A stretch of DNA of 64,000 nt from Cyanophyceae cyanobacterium. GTDB lineage: Bacteria > Cyanobacteriota > Cyanobacteriia > Cyanobacteriales > JBHJGN01. The DNA lies in contig JBHJGN010000021.1 of assembly GCA_050331735.1 (NCBI GenBank), positions 940-64,939 on the forward strand. The letters run 5' to 3'. The notes beneath the pieces are model-generated. The model saw nothing but the letters and a program-made list of their open reading frames with translations, made no database searches and was not told where the DNA came from. The translations under genes were made by a program, and so were the position numbers. Position 1 is the first letter of the stretch. Each line of letters begins with the position of its first letter. Positions 10,833 to 19,648 of the stretch are shown one piece after another.

Positions 10833-12053
10833 CTAGTGAGTGCTCAGAGCTTTTTGAGCGATTAGGCGGACCTGTTGTTTAACATCGCTACTCAAGGCCG
10901 CCGCTTCTGCTTGAGCAAAGACCATTTTAGCTTCTTGAGTGTGGCCCTGCTGACTGAGCAGTAATGCTTTACCTAGCAAAGCACTGAGGTTGTTTTCTTG
11001 CTCCGTTAACACGGAATTATAAATCGCTTCTGCCTGAGACAATTGTCCAGCCGCTTCGTACCCCTTCGCTAGATTAAGCCGCGCCTCAACATTTCCCGGC
11101 TGCTGCTGCACAATCGTTTCCATCACGGGAATCGCTTGCTCCGTTTGCCCACGTTCTAAATACAGCGCTGCTAACTCTGTTAAAGCTTCTACATTGTGGG
11201 GATCTATTTGTAAAACTTGCTGATACCGCTGTTCCGGTGCGGTCGTGACTTCAGAACGCTCCGACGCTCCCCCAAAGTGAGCGGCTGCAACAGCCGCTCC
11301 GGCGCCAGCAAGGGTGAGGGCAGCAGCCTGGGGCCACCGAAAGCGCCTAGCAGAGGACGGTCGGGAACGAGGCTCTGCTAGCCACAGCAGCACTTCGGTC
11401 ACTCCGGAGGTTTCTAGAGCAATCGCTTTTTGGTCGTTGATGAGCGCCACGGTTGGATAGAATTTGCGGAGCTCGACGTGAGTGCGAAGCGGCTCTAGGA
11501 GGAAAGCTATCTGCTCCTCGATCTGAAGCTGAGCCAGGGGAGTGGGGGCTAGGCGATCGCAGCCAGTAAACACAAGAGCCAAACCGGGACGAGCCGGCTT
11601 TCTTAATGCCGCGATTGCCGCTACCTGGGCCAAAGTCTGTGCTAGTTCGTGACGATACTGGAGGTCTTTAACGACTCTATAGCCGTCGCTCACTACGCTA
11701 TAACGAGCGGTCTCCATGAAGATGCCAGTCTCCTCGCTAGTGCCGATTTTTTCCGCTATCCACCAGCGAAAATGATATAGCGTGTGCTCTCGGTGGTGCC
11801 GCCGTTGCTGCTTGAGGCTTAAGTTAAATTCGGTCAGCGGGAGAACTGGCAAACCCGGCCCGTTACTGGTTACCTGAGCCAGTAGCTGAGCTAGGTTCTC
11901 CTGAGAGTGGCGGTCCTGGCCGTCGAGCCACACCTGCCCAAGATGGCGCTTCCCTTGCCCCTGAGCATACCCCTCAGCTAAAAACAAGGTGATATCAAGG
12001 GGCTGACCAAAACACAAAACATTACATCTAGAGGTTGGGGAGGAAAGGAGCAT
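10833..12053 (-). CDS. Hypothetical protein: unknown N-terminal domain + one TM segment + C-terminal TPR repeats
   Basis: 406 aa. There is a hydrophobic stretch AAALTLAGAGAAVAAAHF. The C-terminal TPR units include ALTELAALYLERGQTEQAIPVMETIVQQQPGNVEARLNLAKGY. I do not recognise the N-terminal ~230 aa. Confidence 0.6.
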   Translation of the reverse strand: MLLSSPTSRCNVLCFGQPLDITLFLAEGYAQGQGKRHLGQVWLDGQDRHSQENLAQLLAQVTSNGPGLPVLPLTEFNLSLKQQRRHHREHTLYHFRWWIAEKIGTSEETGIFMETARYSVVSDGYRVVKDLQYRHELAQTLAQVAAIAALRKPARPGLALVFTGCDRLAPTPLAQLQIEEQIAFLLEPLRTHVELRKFYPTVALINDQKAIALETSGVTEVLLWLAEPRSRPSSARRFRWPQAAALTLAGAGAAVAAAHFGGASERSEVTTAPEQRYQQVLQIDPHNVEALTELAALYLERGQTEQAIPVMETIVQQQPGNVEARLNLAKGYEAAGQLSQAEAIYNSVLTEQENNLSALLGKALLLSQQGHTQEAKMVFAQAEAAALSSDVKQQVRLIAQKALSTH

Positions 12054-12199
12054 CGATGACGGTTTTGCTCGCTAGAAGACTTCTGTGCAGTATAGACGAT
12101 TTCAAGCGCAGAAAAAATGACATTTTTATGGCCGGCAGGGAATCTCTTTTGAATTAGCTTTTTGAGGCAGTATGTCCAAGCTCTGTCGCTTGAGGGAGG

Positions 12200-12520
12200 T
12201 TATCCATCGGCTCCGAAACTTTTGAGCAGCTCGTTAACGAAAACCATCAGCTTTTCCCAGGTAATCTTGAACATGACAAGCAAGCCAATGACTACTAACA
12301 CCGTCCCTAAAAGGAAATTTTTGTTGTACATTAATACGCCCACAGTCATCACAAAGTAGGGCGCAACAATTTGACTAATCCTTTCGCAGATATAAACAAT
12401 CTCAAAATTTCTTAAGTTCGGCTGACTAGAGAGCTGGGCCCAGTCAGATTTCGGCGGTACTTGCATACTCTGTAAATCGACACCTGTTTGCTGCTTTGGC
12501 GTTTGGGTCATTTTCAACAT
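12200..12520 (-). CDS. Small hypothetical membrane protein, probably co-transcribed with the upstream oxidoreductase
   Basis: 106 aa with two hydrophobic segments (IVAPYFVMTVGVLMY, LLGTVLVVIGLLVMF). It starts 15 nt downstream of the stop of 12536..14029 on the same strand. Confidence 0.5.
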   Translation of the reverse strand: MLKMTQTPKQQTGVDLQSMQVPPKSDWAQLSSQPNLRNFEIVYICERISQIVAPYFVMTVGVLMYNKNFLLGTVLVVIGLLVMFKITWEKLMVFVNELLKSFGADG

Positions 12521-12535
12521 AGGATAGCGGTTAAT

Positions 12536-14029
12536 CTAAGGTAGCCAAAAATCGGGGAAACTCAAACAACTACGGACGGATTGATTGACGGTTCTCGCTA
12601 GTTGAACGTGAGGTTCGTCGGGTTCTACAGGAATCACTGGAGCCACTTGACCAACGCCAAAACGGTTAATTACTAAGTTGGCAGCTTCTAAACCCGTCAC
12701 GTAGGCCTTCTCTTGGGACCAGGAACCGTGCTCTGTTACAATCCAGTCGCCACATAGATAAAGATCGGGAATGCTGGTTTGGGCTCTGAGCAAATACTGA
12801 TAACTACCGGGGGCAAAGTGCGTCACTCCTTGAGGAACTCGAATGACGCTGCTATCAATCACCTGAGCCTGGCGGAACTCGGGAACGCAGCGAGCGAGGT
12901 CTCGATGAACTTTGGCGACAATCTGCTCGTTCGTCATCGGCAAGAGCTGATTGGCGTGATAAAAGTCTGCCTCAATAACGCTCCCGGAAGCCACCCGATA
13001 CTCATCCTGGAGAGCATTAAGGTCAAAAAAGGTCCATCCCGTGGTGGGATCGAAGCCGAAGCAAGCGTTAGAGGGTAGCGGGACGCGCACTTGACGGTCG
13101 AACCACAACCGCGTCGCCAGGACGTCAATGCTGCCTAAGTTTGTCAACTCCCGAAACTCCCGGCAGGTTCTTAAGGTTTGACTCCCAGACACAATTTTTT
13201 TAATGCCGCTCACGCTGACGGCAAAAATGACGGCATCGGCGGCAAAGACTTCGCGATCGCACACTACGCCTCGCGTTTGTCCGTTTTCTAAAACGACATC
13301 AGTGACTCTTTTCTGGGTCAGGACTTGGCCTCCTAGCGCTTCAATCTTCTGCACCCAGGGGGAGAAAATTTTCTCTCCGACCGTTCCTCGGCACCAGACG
13401 ACATCAAAGTTAGGCTGATGAGCCAGAATGAAGTAGTACAGCATGCCTAAAGCCGCAGCGGCGGAACACTGTTCGCCGGGAGCAAATAAACCCACCAGCA
13501 ACATTGGTTCAAAGGAATCTTTGTAGAGACGTGCCGAAACCCCAAACTGCTTGAACAGTTCGCGAGCGGTAACTTTATCGTAGCGCCGCCAGGCCTCGTC
13601 CGAGTTGTCAAAATCAACGACCGCGTAAAGTAACGGCAGAGCCGAGAGCCGATCGATCAGCGGCAAACGCTGGAAGCGAGTATACAAAAAGGTTCCCAGA
13701 GGAGTGGGTAGCAGCGGCTCCTGCTGAAACAGCGGAGACTCAACTTCTAATCCCGCTGGAGAATACTGGGAAGAACGGGTAAAGTCTGTAAACGGCTGTA
13801 GCCCCAATTCTTTCACCAAGCGAAAGATGTTCTGGTACGGATACCAAAATCCGTGAATGCCTCCTTCTACAGAACGCCCAGCCACATTCCATCCGGCAAC
13901 AAGTCCTCCTGGATAAGCTCCGGCTTCTAGAAGCGTGACCTCGTATCCCTGTTTTGCCAGGTGATAGCTGGCTCCTAGCCCCGCCCATCCGGCGCCGACA
14001 ACAACAATTTTTGGTGCAGATTCTCCCAC
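12536..14029 (-). CDS. FAD-dependent oxidoreductase (amine-oxidase / phytoene-desaturase-like fold)
   Basis: 497 aa. The N-terminal dinucleotide-binding motif is KIVVVGAGWAGLGASYHLAKQGYEVTLLEAG..GG. The C-terminal LYLCGDW motif is typical of this superfamily. Substrate unknown. Confidence 0.75.
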   Translation of the reverse strand: MGESAPKIVVVGAGWAGLGASYHLAKQGYEVTLLEAGAYPGGLVAGWNVAGRSVEGGIHGFWYPYQNIFRLVKELGLQPFTDFTRSSQYSPAGLEVESPLFQQEPLLPTPLGTFLYTRFQRLPLIDRLSALPLLYAVVDFDNSDEAWRRYDKVTARELFKQFGVSARLYKDSFEPMLLVGLFAPGEQCSAAAALGMLYYFILAHQPNFDVVWCRGTVGEKIFSPWVQKIEALGGQVLTQKRVTDVVLENGQTRGVVCDREVFAADAVIFAVSVSGIKKIVSGSQTLRTCREFRELTNLGSIDVLATRLWFDRQVRVPLPSNACFGFDPTTGWTFFDLNALQDEYRVASGSVIEADFYHANQLLPMTNEQIVAKVHRDLARCVPEFRQAQVIDSSVIRVPQGVTHFAPGSYQYLLRAQTSIPDLYLCGDWIVTEHGSWSQEKAYVTGLEAANLVINRFGVGQVAPVIPVEPDEPHVQLARTVNQSVRSCLSFPDFWLP

Positions 14030-14478
14030 TGTGGTCCACCCCTCTTCCGCCTATTATCTCAGATTTGCTCTGATTCGGAAAATTCTCACTGTTGCTAGCA
14101 GGATGCCAGACTTGACCACGGAACGTTGCTCATCGCGAACAATTAGCTGTCTGCTCGCGCCAGAGTGAAGAGGAGGATGACACCGGGCAATTTGTCGCGA
14201 ATTTCCCCAGTTATTTGCTCAAAACTCTCTAGAAAATTAGCAGCTAATTAGAAAGCTGAATTGTTAATAATCTGGAAAGTAACTTTGAGGAACTGTATGA
14301 TCGCTTATACAGACTAAAACAGCTCAACTCCTATCAGTACTTTCGCCGCTAAGGAGATGACATTATCGCTCGATAGCATAGCAGGCTCTCCGTAAAAAAT
14401 GTGTCAGTTATTACAGTTAATCTGTTTTATTCTTCCTCTTGGCTCACCTATGCTAAATCATTATTTTAAGTTGCAATT

Positions 14479-15840
14479 ATGTTAGAGGCATCTATAGAGT
14501 TCGCTCAAGTTTTATCAGTAGTAGACAATGCGATTAAACCGGCTTATCTCAACAAAGTTCAAAGAATTGTATTACGGGATACTTGGGAAGGAAGAACCTA
14601 CTCGGAAATTGCTTCTCGATACAGCTACGATAGCGAATACATCAAGAGCGTTGGCTGTGAGCTGTGGCAGCTTCTCTCCCGAGCGTTTGGAGCTCCGGTG
14701 AATAAAAGTAATTTTCAGTCGTTTATCCGACGACACGCTATCACGATCGTCACGACGACCAACGGAAAAACGACTAAGGATAGTCCCCACAGCGTTCGTG
14801 ACTGGGGAACAGCGCCGGATGTCTCTGCTTTTCACGGTCGTACCCAAGAATTAGAGTGTCTCAGGCAGTGGATGAATGACCAACGCTGTCAGCTCGTGAT
14901 AATTTCAGGGATGATTGGTATTGGTAAATCAGCCCTGACGGCTAAGTTTGCCGAGCAGGTGCAGGAGCAATTTGACTATATTATCTGGCGATCGCTGCGT
15001 AATGCCCCCCCGGTTGAAGAAATCCTCGGCACTCTCATTCGCTTTTTTTCTCACGATCAGATTGCCGAGCTGCCGACAACTCTCAACGACAAAATCGTTC
15101 TTTTGCTGTCTTACCTGCGCCAACATCGCTGTTTAATTGTTCTGGATGATTTACAATCCGTCCTGGGGAACGGGAGCTACACCAATCCCTATCGAGCCGG
15201 ATACGAAGGCTACGGCCAGCTATTTCGTTCCTTTGTCAGTACCCGCCACCAAAGTTTCCTCGCCATCACCAGTTGGGATAAGCCGAAAGGATTAGCGCTG
15301 TATGAAGGCGACAAAGTGCAGTCTTTGGTGCTGAGAGGACTCCCCAAAGAGGAGCTTCAGGAAATCTTTCAAGCGAGAATGTCAGATTCTCAACTGCAAA
15401 CGCAGTGGCATTTGTTGATGGAACGCTGTGCCGACAATCCTCAACTGCTCAAAATTGCCACCTCAGAAATTCAAAAGATCTTCTGCGGCAACGTGACTCA
15501 GTTTCTGTTTCAGGAAGTCTCTGTTTCCGAAGAAATCAGAACGCTTTTAGATCAGCAGTTCAATCGGTTGCCGACTATCGAAAAAAAGATTGCCTATTGG
15601 CTGGCGATCAAACGTTTACCAGTGTCTATCGATCAACTCGCCGCAGATTTGCTTCAGCCAATTTCTCTGGCTAAGTTAATGGAAGCGTTAATCTCTCTAG
15701 AGCAGCGCTCGCTGATCAAAAAAGACGACTATGGCTACTTTCTCCAGCCCTTACTGGTGGAGTATCTCTCTTGGAAGTTAGTGGAAAAAATTTGCCAAGA
15801 CGATTGGCTCAGCGAGCCTGTCAGAGAAACGCTACCGTAA
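14479..15840 (+). CDS. STAND-class P-loop NTPase (NB-ARC-like) with N-terminal LuxR/sigma70-region-4-like HTH; no C-terminal repeat sensor
   Basis: 453 aa. HTH-like segment: LNKVQRIVLRDTWEGRTYSEIASRYSYDSEYIKSVGCELWQLL. Walker A: GMIGIGKSALT. Walker B: CLIVLDDLQSV. It then continues as a helical/winged-helix-like region and ends without WD40 or TPR repeats. Confidence 0.7.
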   Translation: MLEASIEFAQVLSVVDNAIKPAYLNKVQRIVLRDTWEGRTYSEIASRYSYDSEYIKSVGCELWQLLSRAFGAPVNKSNFQSFIRRHAITIVTTTNGKTTKDSPHSVRDWGTAPDVSAFHGRTQELECLRQWMNDQRCQLVIISGMIGIGKSALTAKFAEQVQEQFDYIIWRSLRNAPPVEEILGTLIRFFSHDQIAELPTTLNDKIVLLLSYLRQHRCLIVLDDLQSVLGNGSYTNPYRAGYEGYGQLFRSFVSTRHQSFLAITSWDKPKGLALYEGDKVQSLVLRGLPKEELQEIFQARMSDSQLQTQWHLLMERCADNPQLLKIATSEIQKIFCGNVTQFLFQEVSVSEEIRTLLDQQFNRLPTIEKKIAYWLAIKRLPVSIDQLAADLLQPISLAKLMEALISLEQRSLIKKDDYGYFLQPLLVEYLSWKLVEKICQDDWLSEPVRETLP

Positions 15841-15859
15841 CTTGCCGTGTCATCCCTGT

Positions 15860-15885
15860 CGCAGAACAGACAAGTCTGTTCTGCG
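15860..15885 (+). terminator. Perfect 26-nt palindrome or hairpin 20 nt downstream of the STAND gene (possible terminator; no T-run)
   Basis: CGCAGAACAGAC-AA-GTCTGTTCTGCG read directly from the sequence. It is not followed by a U-tract, so terminator function is only inferred. Confidence 0.45.
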
Positions 15886-16446
15886 AATTCTGATGGGACG
15901 GGACCGATTAACGCCTACCGATTTCAACTGTAGAAGATTTAACCTCATTAGCAGGCGTTGTCCTGATAAAACCAACCAAATCTAGATAGTTATTACTATT
16001 TTGCAACTTTTATCTCACCTTTAGGCTGGTTCAGCCAATGTTAGGATTAATTAAGGATAAAAGCAAGCTCTTGTGCTTATTTACAAAGAATAAATCCTGT
16101 TGTGCAGGCGATCGCTCGGTTTTAGTTCATTGAGATTCTGTGATGTTTTTAATTACCCAGATTTTTGCTGCCGCTGCTGCCTAAGCTAGTTACTGTTTGC
16201 GTAGCTAATTAGTGAGCGGCTTCAGGAGTACCAGAGAAGTCCTTCTTGTAGGGAATCTTCTGCCAAACAGTGCATCGATTTCACTCTACAAGCGATGACT
16301 GAGTACTGACTCCATAGTTCTTTTCCTGAAAGACTCAAAAAGCGCGGCGAGGAATAATGTACTTTTCCACTAGGTTTCATGAGCGATTAGTAGCAGAATT
16401 TATTCAAAAAACAACGATTGATTAGTGCTCTTTAACAGAAAAGATT

Positions 16447-16650
16447 ATGCCGAAAAGAAAGTGGACTGCCAAGCGGATTACTATTGGTTTCAGCAAACCA
16501 GAAATAGCTCACTTAGACGCTTATTGTGAAGCGACTGGTCGAGACTATAGCGATGTTCTCAGAGAATGTACGAGAAAACTTGAGATTCCTCATGCTTCAG
16601 AAAACGGAAACTTTAGAAAAATATCTCTAGAGGAAACGGTTAATCATTAG
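16447..16650 (+). CDS. Small ribbon-helix-helix (CopG/Arc-like) protein, orphan
   Basis: 67 aa. The predicted beta-strand KRITIGFSKPE is followed by two helices (IAHLDAYCEATG, RDYSDVLRECTRKL), the RHH pattern. No partner gene is adjacent. Confidence 0.5.
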   Translation: MPKRKWTAKRITIGFSKPEIAHLDAYCEATGRDYSDVLRECTRKLEIPHASENGNFRKISLEETVNH

Positions 16651-16728
16651 CTCTAGCCAGACTGTCTCGGTGATTGCCTGTCTTCTGCGTGGAAGCACTG
16701 TTGAGCGTCGATGGCTCCCGAGAAACTG

Positions 16729-17748
16729 TTAGCGAACCTCTTCGAGAAGCGTCTGCAATGCTTCCTGCATCGCTTGAGGCGTCGTTGTCGCGGTCCCGAA
16801 CTGACGGACAACTAAACTCGCGGCTAAATTGCCTAGAACGGCTGCTTCCCAGAAGGAAGCGCCAGCACACAAACTCAGGGTCAGAGCGGCCACGACCGTA
16901 TCCCCAGCCCCCGTCACATCAAAAACATCGGTGCGATTGAAAGCCGGAATGTGTTTGGCTCGCTGGTTCCGCTCAAACAAACTCATGCCCTCATCACCGC
17001 GAGTGATCAGAATATGCTGGGCTTGAGTCAGCTCGAGCAAATCATCTCCGGCTTGCTGAAGAGAATCAGCATTCGTAATGGCATAGCCGACCGCTTGTTC
17101 AGCCTCCGGTAAGTTAGGCGTGAAGAGGCTAGCTCCGGCATATCGCCGCAGACTCTTTTGGGTATCGACAATCACCCGGGGATGCTTTAAAGCCGCCTGA
17201 ATAACTGCTTCTGTCAGCGTTCCGTCTCCGTAGTCAGAACAAACAACAGCCTCAACGGTGGCCACCTGTTTTTCCACGTATGCAGCGAGCTGCCTTTGAC
17301 TGTGGAGGTCGAGCCACTCATCGGATTTGCGATCAACTCGAACAATCTGCTGCGTCACTGACTGACGAGCGTGCCCAGCAATTCTGGTTTTGGTAACGGT
17401 GGGGCGACTGCCAACGGCCAGAATCCCCTCTGTATTAATATGAGCTGCTGCAAAAATCCGCTGGAGAGCCTCTCCTTGCGGGTCTTTACCGACGATCCCG
17501 GCAACTTTTAACTGAGCTCCTAGCTTAGCCAAATTATAGACGGCATTGGCTCCCCCACCGGGAATTTGGCTGGTGTATTCATGACGTAAAATCAATACGG
17601 GGGCCTCTCTGGAAATTCGTTCCACTTGACCCGTCATAAACTCGTCGAGGGTAAGGTCGCCAATGACCAGCACACGCACGTCCGCGAAGCGCTGGATGAG
17701 CTCGTAAAGCCGCTGCTCAGCGGCGAGCAATTCAGTCGTAAAAGACAT
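16729..17748 (-). CDS. PfkB-family sugar kinase, RfaE domain-I-like (heptose-7-phosphate kinase-like)
   Basis: 339 aa. It has the N-terminal VLVIGDLTLDEF, GGGANAV, and the C-terminal PfkB signature DVTGAGDTV. Confidence 0.75.
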   Translation of the reverse strand: MSFTTELLAAEQRLYELIQRFADVRVLVIGDLTLDEFMTGQVERISREAPVLILRHEYTSQIPGGGANAVYNLAKLGAQLKVAGIVGKDPQGEALQRIFAAAHINTEGILAVGSRPTVTKTRIAGHARQSVTQQIVRVDRKSDEWLDLHSQRQLAAYVEKQVATVEAVVCSDYGDGTLTEAVIQAALKHPRVIVDTQKSLRRYAGASLFTPNLPEAEQAVGYAITNADSLQQAGDDLLELTQAQHILITRGDEGMSLFERNQRAKHIPAFNRTDVFDVTGAGDTVVAALTLSLCAGASFWEAAVLGNLAASLVVRQFGTATTTPQAMQEALQTLLEEVR

Positions 17749-17832
17749 ACAGAGGATTCAAACAGGAACAGTCCTCCATTATCTAGCAGGTTAGCCGTTT
17801 GTGAAAGCGGCGGCGACGTGTCTTCAAGCTCG

Positions 17833-19470
17833 TTAGTTACTCTCGACTTCAGTGGGTTCCTCGGTCGCTGCCTCGTCTTTTAAACCACTAGGCTGCATGA
17901 GTGGGTTGGGAACTTCTATCGGACCCCCAAGCGCCTCACTGTCACTCGTATTTGTAGAATCCGCCTCTGCTTCAGAAGCGGCGGTTGCGGCTGGCTGCGG
18001 TTTTGCACTGGCTGGGTCAGAGGGGGGAACCGTTAACGCTGGCTCGTTGGCCGCCTCGGGCGATGGCTGAACTGGTTGAGGAGTGGACTCAGTAGACTCG
18101 ACGGACGGCTCAGGAGCTGCTAGGGGCGGAATTGCTGGTAGCTCTGTTGGGGGAGCTGATTCAGACGTTGCTTCAGGAGCAGACTGCTGGGGTTCCTCCG
18201 TCGTTTCCGGCTCCGCTGGCTGTACTAGATCCTCTTGAGTCGTTATCTCAGGCTGAGTTGACTCAGGAGCGACGGCTGGGGCTGGATTCGGCTGTGGTTT
18301 CGACTCAGCCGTTTCAGGGGGGGCAGCACCAAGGGACGGGCAAATTTCAGGATCGTACTGAAAATCAACGCTCACCAAATAGGATTGCGCTCCATCGGTT
18401 TGTTCAAAGGAGCGGGATTTAACCTGCTCAAGAGCCTGATTGTTGAGGATTGGATACCCAGAACTTTTAATTAGATCGGTACTGGTAAGATTCCCTTGAG
18501 CATCGACGAGCACTCCATAGGTGGCTGTTCCCTCCGCTTGGACAATACAGGCATCTTCTGGATAGGTTCCGGCGAAGCTGATTTCTTCCGGTTCAGCAAC
18601 TTGATTAGCTTGTCGCCAGTTCAGATCGTTTTTTAACGCTTCTTCATTGGTGGTATCCGTTTCGTCTTTCGCAAGACTGGCTCTCAGCTCGAGCACTTCC
18701 GCCACCAAATTCTGCTGACGCAGCGTTTCGATGTCGGTTGGGGCAGCCGGAGGCAGTTCACTAGAATTTGCCGCCTGTTGATTGTCTGAATCACCCGCTT
18801 CCGGCGATGTAGCCGAGCCACCAGCATTAGCTCGCTGTTGATTGAGCAAATCTCTGGCGCTGATTGACGGTGCCGGAGGAGAAAAGCGAAGAGCCCGATT
18901 GGGGTTTTGAGGAAGGGTTGGTAAAGTACTTTGTTGAGGCAGGGGAGGAAGAGAGTTGAGGGGAGGAGCTGGAATACTCGCCGTCGGGGGAGGTGTTTCG
19001 GACGCTGGTGCCGGTGATTCAACCGACTTCTCGGGTGGAGCTGACGGCTGGGGCGGGACGATGGCAAACGAGGGGGGAGGCGGGAGCGGCACCGTGGGCA
19101 GGTCGGGGAGGATAGACGTTACCGGTGCTTGATTGCTGCTCTGGGCAGAGGGCGGCGGTAAGAGAGTCGTCGCGTTGGGCAGCTCTAGAGGGAATGTGTT
19201 GAGGCGAGGAGTAACGACAGAGGCATCGGGCAAAGCATAGGGATTAAGAGGCGGAGCAAAATTGGGGAGACGAGCTTGCTCTGCCGGAGAAAGCTCAGTG
19301 ACTCGAACGCTGAGGGAGCTTGCTTCTTCTCGAGGCGAGAGGGACAAGTTGGGAAGAGCGGTAAACAGCAGGGCATGAAACCCAAGGGAGGCTAAGATTG
19401 CCATGCTGTTTGGTCGCAAGAGCTTAGCAGGCAGAGTATTAAGAGCTGAGGCGAAAGACATACCGTTCAA
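17833..19470 (-). CDS. Proline-rich TonB-like membrane-anchored protein with internal TonB-C-like domain and long acidic low-complexity tail
   Basis: 545 aa. N-terminal TM: MAILASLGFHALLFTALP. It has long P/S/A-rich spacers. The TonB_C-like block is YPEDACIVQAEGTATYGVLVDAQGNLTSTDLIKSSGYPILNNQALEQVKSRSF. About 170 aa of P/E/A/T-rich tail follow. Confidence 0.6.
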   Translation of the reverse strand: MNGMSFASALNTLPAKLLRPNSMAILASLGFHALLFTALPNLSLSPREEASSLSVRVTELSPAEQARLPNFAPPLNPYALPDASVVTPRLNTFPLELPNATTLLPPPSAQSSNQAPVTSILPDLPTVPLPPPPSFAIVPPQPSAPPEKSVESPAPASETPPPTASIPAPPLNSLPPLPQQSTLPTLPQNPNRALRFSPPAPSISARDLLNQQRANAGGSATSPEAGDSDNQQAANSSELPPAAPTDIETLRQQNLVAEVLELRASLAKDETDTTNEEALKNDLNWRQANQVAEPEEISFAGTYPEDACIVQAEGTATYGVLVDAQGNLTSTDLIKSSGYPILNNQALEQVKSRSFEQTDGAQSYLVSVDFQYDPEICPSLGAAPPETAESKPQPNPAPAVAPESTQPEITTQEDLVQPAEPETTEEPQQSAPEATSESAPPTELPAIPPLAAPEPSVESTESTPQPVQPSPEAANEPALTVPPSDPASAKPQPAATAASEAEADSTNTSDSEALGGPIEVPNPLMQPSGLKDEAATEEPTEVESN

Positions 19471-19591
19471 GGTGTTAATAACGTGTATACAAGCTCTAGG
19501 AGGGTCTACGCCCTGACAGTGCGATGGATCTCAGTCGAAATCTAGACTATTATAACAACGGGTAAAAAATCGATAGCAACAAATAAACTCT

Positions 19592-19642
19592 CTTTTCCCG
19601 TCCTGTACCGGTCTTATTTTCCTGTTCCCGTCGCGGAGCGAC
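19592..19642. repeat. Half copy (pyrimidine-rich arm) of the dispersed element, directly upstream of truB
   Basis: CTTTTCCCGTCC...TTTTCCTGTTCCC followed by GTCGCggaGCGAC (19630-19642). That 13-mer is identical to the one at 26836-26848. Confidence 0.65.
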
Positions 19643-19648
19643 TAAACT

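Noticed and set aside
16447-16650. Toxin-antitoxin module built on the RHH protein
   Set aside because: No toxin-sized ORF lies adjacent on either side. The downstream neighbour is the convergent PfkB kinase, and upstream there is 560 bp without ORFs. At most it is an orphan or decayed module.
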